Positions 59,301 to 64,000 of a stretch of DNA of 64,000 bases are shown here, one piece after another. The stretch is from positions 90,024,001 through 90,088,000 of the forward strand of contig JAGIQG010000009.1 in NCBI GenBank assembly GCA_024679065.1. The letters run 5' to 3'. The notes beneath the pieces are model-generated. The model did no database searches. It was given only the letters and a program-made list of their open reading frames with translations, and was not told the origin of the DNA. Source of the DNA: Sphyrna mokarran (Eukaryota). Numbering within the stretch: the stretch's first letter is position 1; each line of letters begins with the position of its first letter. A program made the position numbers and the translations under genes.

Positions 59301-62300
59301 TCTGCTACTTTGCACCCGTTGCAACAGCATGGCAGACCAAAGGTGAGAGGGCATGTGGCCTTCACAGGGTTTTTTAATGGGCTTAAAATCCTTAATCCTG
59401 AGAGATATGCACTCAAATAATTGGAGATACATCGCACGAGCTCTACTACTTTGCATGCCATGATCAGGAAGCTAAGACAGAGCTTCTGGACTCATGGCTT
59501 ACTAGAAATCTTGGTGTCCAACAGCAACACTCCCTTCACCAATGGAGAGTTTCAAAACTTCATTGCTTTCTATTGGCATCAAACATTCTAAGATGGCACT
59601 TTACCACCCATCCTTAAATAGACTGGCAGAACAGGCAGAGCAACCTTTTAAAAACTGGCATGAAGAAACAGCCTGCACCACCTATAAAGACAAAACTGGT
59701 ACAGTTCTTATTGGATTGTAGAATCACCCTACACGCCATAGAACATCTCCTAATGGAGAGTTAGCTTGGTATGGTTAAGCCTGATGTTTCCAGACCTGGT
59801 GGGGAGGGTGGAATGTAAAAGGAAATCCAGAAAATAAATTATGATGCTGCAAAAACAGACAGGAACTTTGGGGATGATCCAGGCTGGGTCCCAGAGATCA
59901 TAACAGAAAGGACGGGACAAGGTCATGAAAAAGCCTAAACCATCTGAGAAGCAGGGAGTTCACCCTGGAACAGTTTTGTTACCAACCGCTGCTGACAGTC
60001 AGGACTTTAGTTTGAGGCTAACCCAGAGTCTGCTCTTCCAGACAGCGAAGAAACAGACTCATAGATGGGAGGTGAGAAAGCCAGTGTCCCAAGTCTGAAG
60101 AAGAACGTACGGAACTGACACTTTGGCATTCCCTTAAAAATGAAAGTCCCTGGTTAGGTCCAGCATCATTTCCTGCTATTTTTAAACCAGTTGCCAAGGG
60201 AAGAAAATAACCCCCTTTCAACGGGGCTACTAGTGGAACTGTGGACCTGAATGGGGTGGGGTGTTAAAGTGGCCACAGAGGACATGGGGCATCATTAACA
60301 AATCTCCCTGGAATACAAGTTACCTTATTCAGTGAGTGGGGGTTGGCCAAAGAGAGGGATAAGCAGTGGGAATTTAAAACCCGCTTGGACCAGTGATAAT
60401 GTAGGTAAACAGCCTCGGTTTGTTATAAACTATGGTTGTGGCCTTTTCTTTATTGTAGTGGAGGACTGGCATTTGTGAGATTATTGCATCCTCTCTTTAG
60501 TTCTGAAGAAGAGTTGAAAGACTCAGAGTGTTATACTTTCCGTATGGATGCTGCTAGACTTTGTGAACTTTTCCAGTGTTTTGTGTTTTTGTTTCAGATT
60601 ACAGCATCAACAGTATTTTGTTTTTATTTATCAATGGTTGCTGCCAATGGCGCACATGGGCAGTTTGCACAGCTGCCATTTTTACAGGGTCAATATGTGA
60701 CATAATCCCAATTTATTTATCAATAATTATGTTTCACGCATTAAAATAAAGTAGCTGTTAGTACTTTGCAAAATCATATTTAGTTCTGTGATGTCATTAT
60801 TTCATTGTTTCCTTATTAAACAGAAATATTTGACAATGTGATAGTAAAAACCAAATTTCTATCCCTTTGCTAAACTGCTAAAATTAACAAGTGCATAGAA
60901 CATTGCAATGGTTTCTTTCCTGTCTTGACTGAATATTTGGGATCACTCAATATTTAACAACATATGTTCACAGTATTTATAAATTGCAAGACAGTAGAAA
61001 TTATTAAAGTGAGTTGAAGGATTGGTGTTCAGTAAAGAATCTGGATTGCCCTCGTCACTCCTGGTAAAATAGTGGATCCCTTTCTCCAAGTGTCAATAGT
61101 ATAACAGTTGCGAACAACTTATTCTAAGCCACCTGCTGACAAAGTGATATCTGTGATCCATGAAATCCACAAAGTAAGGATATGCTGCGATAAGTGAGTT
61201 AGTTGGCTGTGTGCTGGCTAAACTGATGTGTGTACAGTTTTGGATTTCAGATCATGTGTGGACCAGTGCAGACGGGTGGGCATATTACATTGGCAGAGAC
61301 ACACAGTTTGTCTAACCAGGGTTTGTTACTTTAATTACAGAGTTGATTCTGAACTGCAATCCTGAATGAAAATGTGTGTAATTCAACATTAAAATTTTCA
61401 TGTGGGAAGGAGGATCAGATTTGGATTATCCATCGGATACGGAGAGTTTTTTCAGAGATTGGCTTGACAAAGCCATTTTTCAGAATTTCTTTTTCTCCTC
61501 CAACAGGAGATTTTTATTAAATTGTCTCCACTTCCTTCCTTCTCTCCTCAAGATGCTGCCATGTATCAGCCTTTTAAAAAACTTTATTAATTCTTCTTAG
61601 GATTTAAAAAGCTAAAAAGAATATAGATAAGCCTAGGAATATTGGTATCAACAGTGCAACTTGTGGACCAAAGAGCCTGTTTGTGCTGTAGTTTTTCTAT
61701 GTTCTATGTTCTAATAGAGAATGAATATCACCCTGAGGTACGGGTAATGAGCAGAGCAGAAGTTACATTCTGCCAGTTATTGTTACACTGACATTGTTAC
61801 ATTCTTAGTCCAAACATGAAAAATGTAACTAACTTCTGGCTTTGAAGTGAGAATGTCCACCTTAACATCAAGGCAGCGTTTGAGGGTGTGGCCCAGTAAA
61901 ACTAGACATTGGGAGAAAACTCTCCATCAGCATTAGTGGATGCATAATTATTGTCATGTTCCTTGATAAGTGAATTTAATTGGCTGAAGACTGGCATATT
62001 TGAAAGTAGAGGACCTCAGGAAGAGACTGAAACACACTTGGCGCTTCTGGCACTGATGGTTGTAAATATTTCAGCTTTGTATAATGCACTCATAGTGGGC
62101 TCCCCCATTATCAAGAATGGAGACACTTATGGAGCTTCCACCTCCTGTTCATTGTTTAATTGTCCACTATCATTCACAGCTGGATACAGCAGGATTGCAG
62201 AGCTTGGATCTGATATATTGTGGACTAGTTTTGCTTTTCTTATAGCTTGCTGCTTTCACTGCCTGTGTAATACTTCATTTTACAGCCTGGCCGTGTTCCA

Positions 62301-62454
62301 ATTACTATCTTTGACAATTATAGACAAAGTCTGACCAAAACGTGGCAGAATATTGTTTCCGGTGTGAAAAACGGAATGTTTCTTGGAGGTGGTGTGTTTT
62401 CAGGACAAATCTGATGCCTCATTTGCAACAATTCTTATGCCCACAAGAAGAAGA

Positions 62455-62960
62455 AAACAAAGCAAAGTACAGTGCAGGAACAGACTCTAAGCCCTCCAAG
62501 CCTGTGCCGATCATAATGCCCTAACTAAATAAAGCAAAACCCTTCTGCCCTTACTCAATCTGTATCCCTCTATTCTATCCCTAGTCATGTACCCAACCAG
62601 ATGCCTTTTAATTATGGTTAATGTTTCCTCAACCTCCCCTGGCAGTGTGTTCCAGCACACACCACTTTGTGTGTAAAAAACCCACACATCTCCCTTAAAC
62701 TTACCCCTTCTCACCTTGAACCTGTGCCTCCTTGTAATTTCCAAAAAAACCTCTGACTATCCACCTTGTCTATGCCCCTCATAATTTTGTGGACCTTTAT
62801 CAGGTCTCCCCTCAGCCTTCAGTGAGAACAATCCTAATTTATTCAATCACTCAACAGGAACTTCAGATCAGGAACATCCTGGTGAACCTTCTTTGCCTTT
62901 TCTCCAAAGCTTCCACATCCTTCCGGTAGTGTGGTTACCAGAACTGCACCCAGCCAAACT
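62455..62960 (-). mobile_element. CR1 LINE 3' end
   Basis: ORF 62511-62744 (RHRFKVRRGKFKGDV...WNTLPGEV) and tail; same subfamily as 17345-18400. Confidence 0.8.
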
Positions 62961-63059
62961 AAGGTTTTACAGAGCTCCATCTGATTCGATGCCCCACAAA
63001 AACTTTATTGAAAACATTGAAGAGTTCCATAAAAATGTTTTCCCACCTCTCGCTCCACA

Positions 63060-64000
63060 ACGACTGCAGGACATGACAGCCACTTCATGGAGGGTGCTCT
63101 CACCAGGATGGAATGGAACAAAGATGGGTTACACTCAATCCCCACTCCAGGAGACGGCCTTCCAGCAGAGTCACAACCCCAGCCTGGCATGCAGTGGCAG
63201 CCCTGGTCAGTGCAAACACATTCCAGAAGAGGATGGGACAGCAATGTCGGAAGAAAATGATTGATCTTCTTCACTCGTCTAGAGTAAGTGAACCACCCAG
63301 TCATCCACTGGACCCCTTGCACCCCTTCACACCCCCAACCCCTTTTCTCACTCAGCCATCTTGGCCTTTGCCAACATCAGGCACCAGGTTTCTCCCTCCC
63401 CCTTGCAGTCACCATGTAGCTGTTCTGCTCCTCACACTCCAGCTCCCAGTCAAGCCCTATGCCTGCCACATCTCATCATTATCTTAAATGTCAATATCCC
63501 ATTTACACTCTCCCTATCTGTGTAACTGCAGGACAAACTCAACACAACAAGTGTGAGTGGGCAGACCCAACTGGGGTCATCCCCGAGCTCTGAACCTTCA
63601 CATGTTATGAAGAGAGCGAGCCTTCAAGCTGACAGGAGAGAAGGAAGAGCCTGTCTGCACTGCTTGTGGAGAGGGGACAGCAGAGAAACACGAGAAACCT
63701 CGACATATATGTTTAAATGAGTAATGAATTTGTTCTCCATATCCTCTGTAATGTACTGATGCCATGTCCCTTCTCTTGCAGACTGACTGGAACAGGGATG
63801 GTAGTGGGGGGGTGTATTAATAATTGGTTGAGGATTCCCGTGGGCCTCAGGCTGTACTCCTGCCGATTGTCTTCCTTTTGGGTTCCCAGGGGAAGGACTC
63901 TGCTGAGCCCCAGGCCTATGATGTGCCCCTGAGTCCAGTCGTCCTACAGCTGCTGGAACTGCAGAGGTACCCTCACACGGATCAATAAGGGATTACAGCA
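63060..64000 (+). mobile_element. Harbinger Myb/SANT-like accessory gene remnant
   Basis: TTPAWHAVAALVSANTFQKRMGQQCRKKMIDL followed by a gtaagt donor at 63284 and later acceptor-like sites. Confidence 0.6.

Larger units (their letters stand above)
56480..60230 (+). mobile_element. Gypsy remnant (gag 56480-57300; integrase 59300-60000) interrupted by nested CR1s
   Basis: DSKTFNELVNLV...EPITESLARLQKLEEYCEF...LKNRLMYGMN (gag); decayed integrase (tggtgtccaacagcaacactcccttcacc, ttaccacccatcc). Confidence 0.7.

Noticed and set aside
30200-64000. Head-to-head class II beta partner gene
   Set aside because: No beta leader, beta-1 exon or second X/Y module found on the plus strand in this window.

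Overview
Repeat-dense vertebrate genomic DNA. The HER1-type CR1 LINEs and HE1/V-type SINEs, and the similarity of the host gene to shark MHC class II alpha, point to a cartilaginous fish (shark or ray). The only host gene I can support is the 5' half of an MHC class II alpha-chain gene on the minus strand: an X-box/Y-box promoter (30145-30187), a leader exon (29941-30007) and an intact 249-nt alpha-1 domain exon (21513-21761). I could not find the alpha-2, transmembrane or cytoplasmic exons in the 21.5 kb downstream. The rest is nested mobile DNA: many CR1/HER1 LINEs, a Penelope-like element (RT + GIY-YIG) with inverted pLTRs and a 14-bp TSD, Gypsy remnants, a large decayed PIF/Harbinger element holding a ~8-kb G-rich minisatellite, Rex/Babar, L2 and Tx1 fragments, SINEs and a MITE. 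The most notable non-coding signals: (i) an 842-bp non-autonomous RTE-derived element whose 5' end folds as an HDV-like ribozyme; (ii) a 250-bp TSD-flanked perfect hairpin built from two Penelope pLTR arms, each with a hammerhead core; (iii) a CR1 subfamily carrying a V/HE1-type SINE in its 3'UTR, present three times upstream of the MHC promoter. All calls are by eye, without database searches; family names rest on recalled motifs and repeat boundaries are approximate unless a TSD is given.
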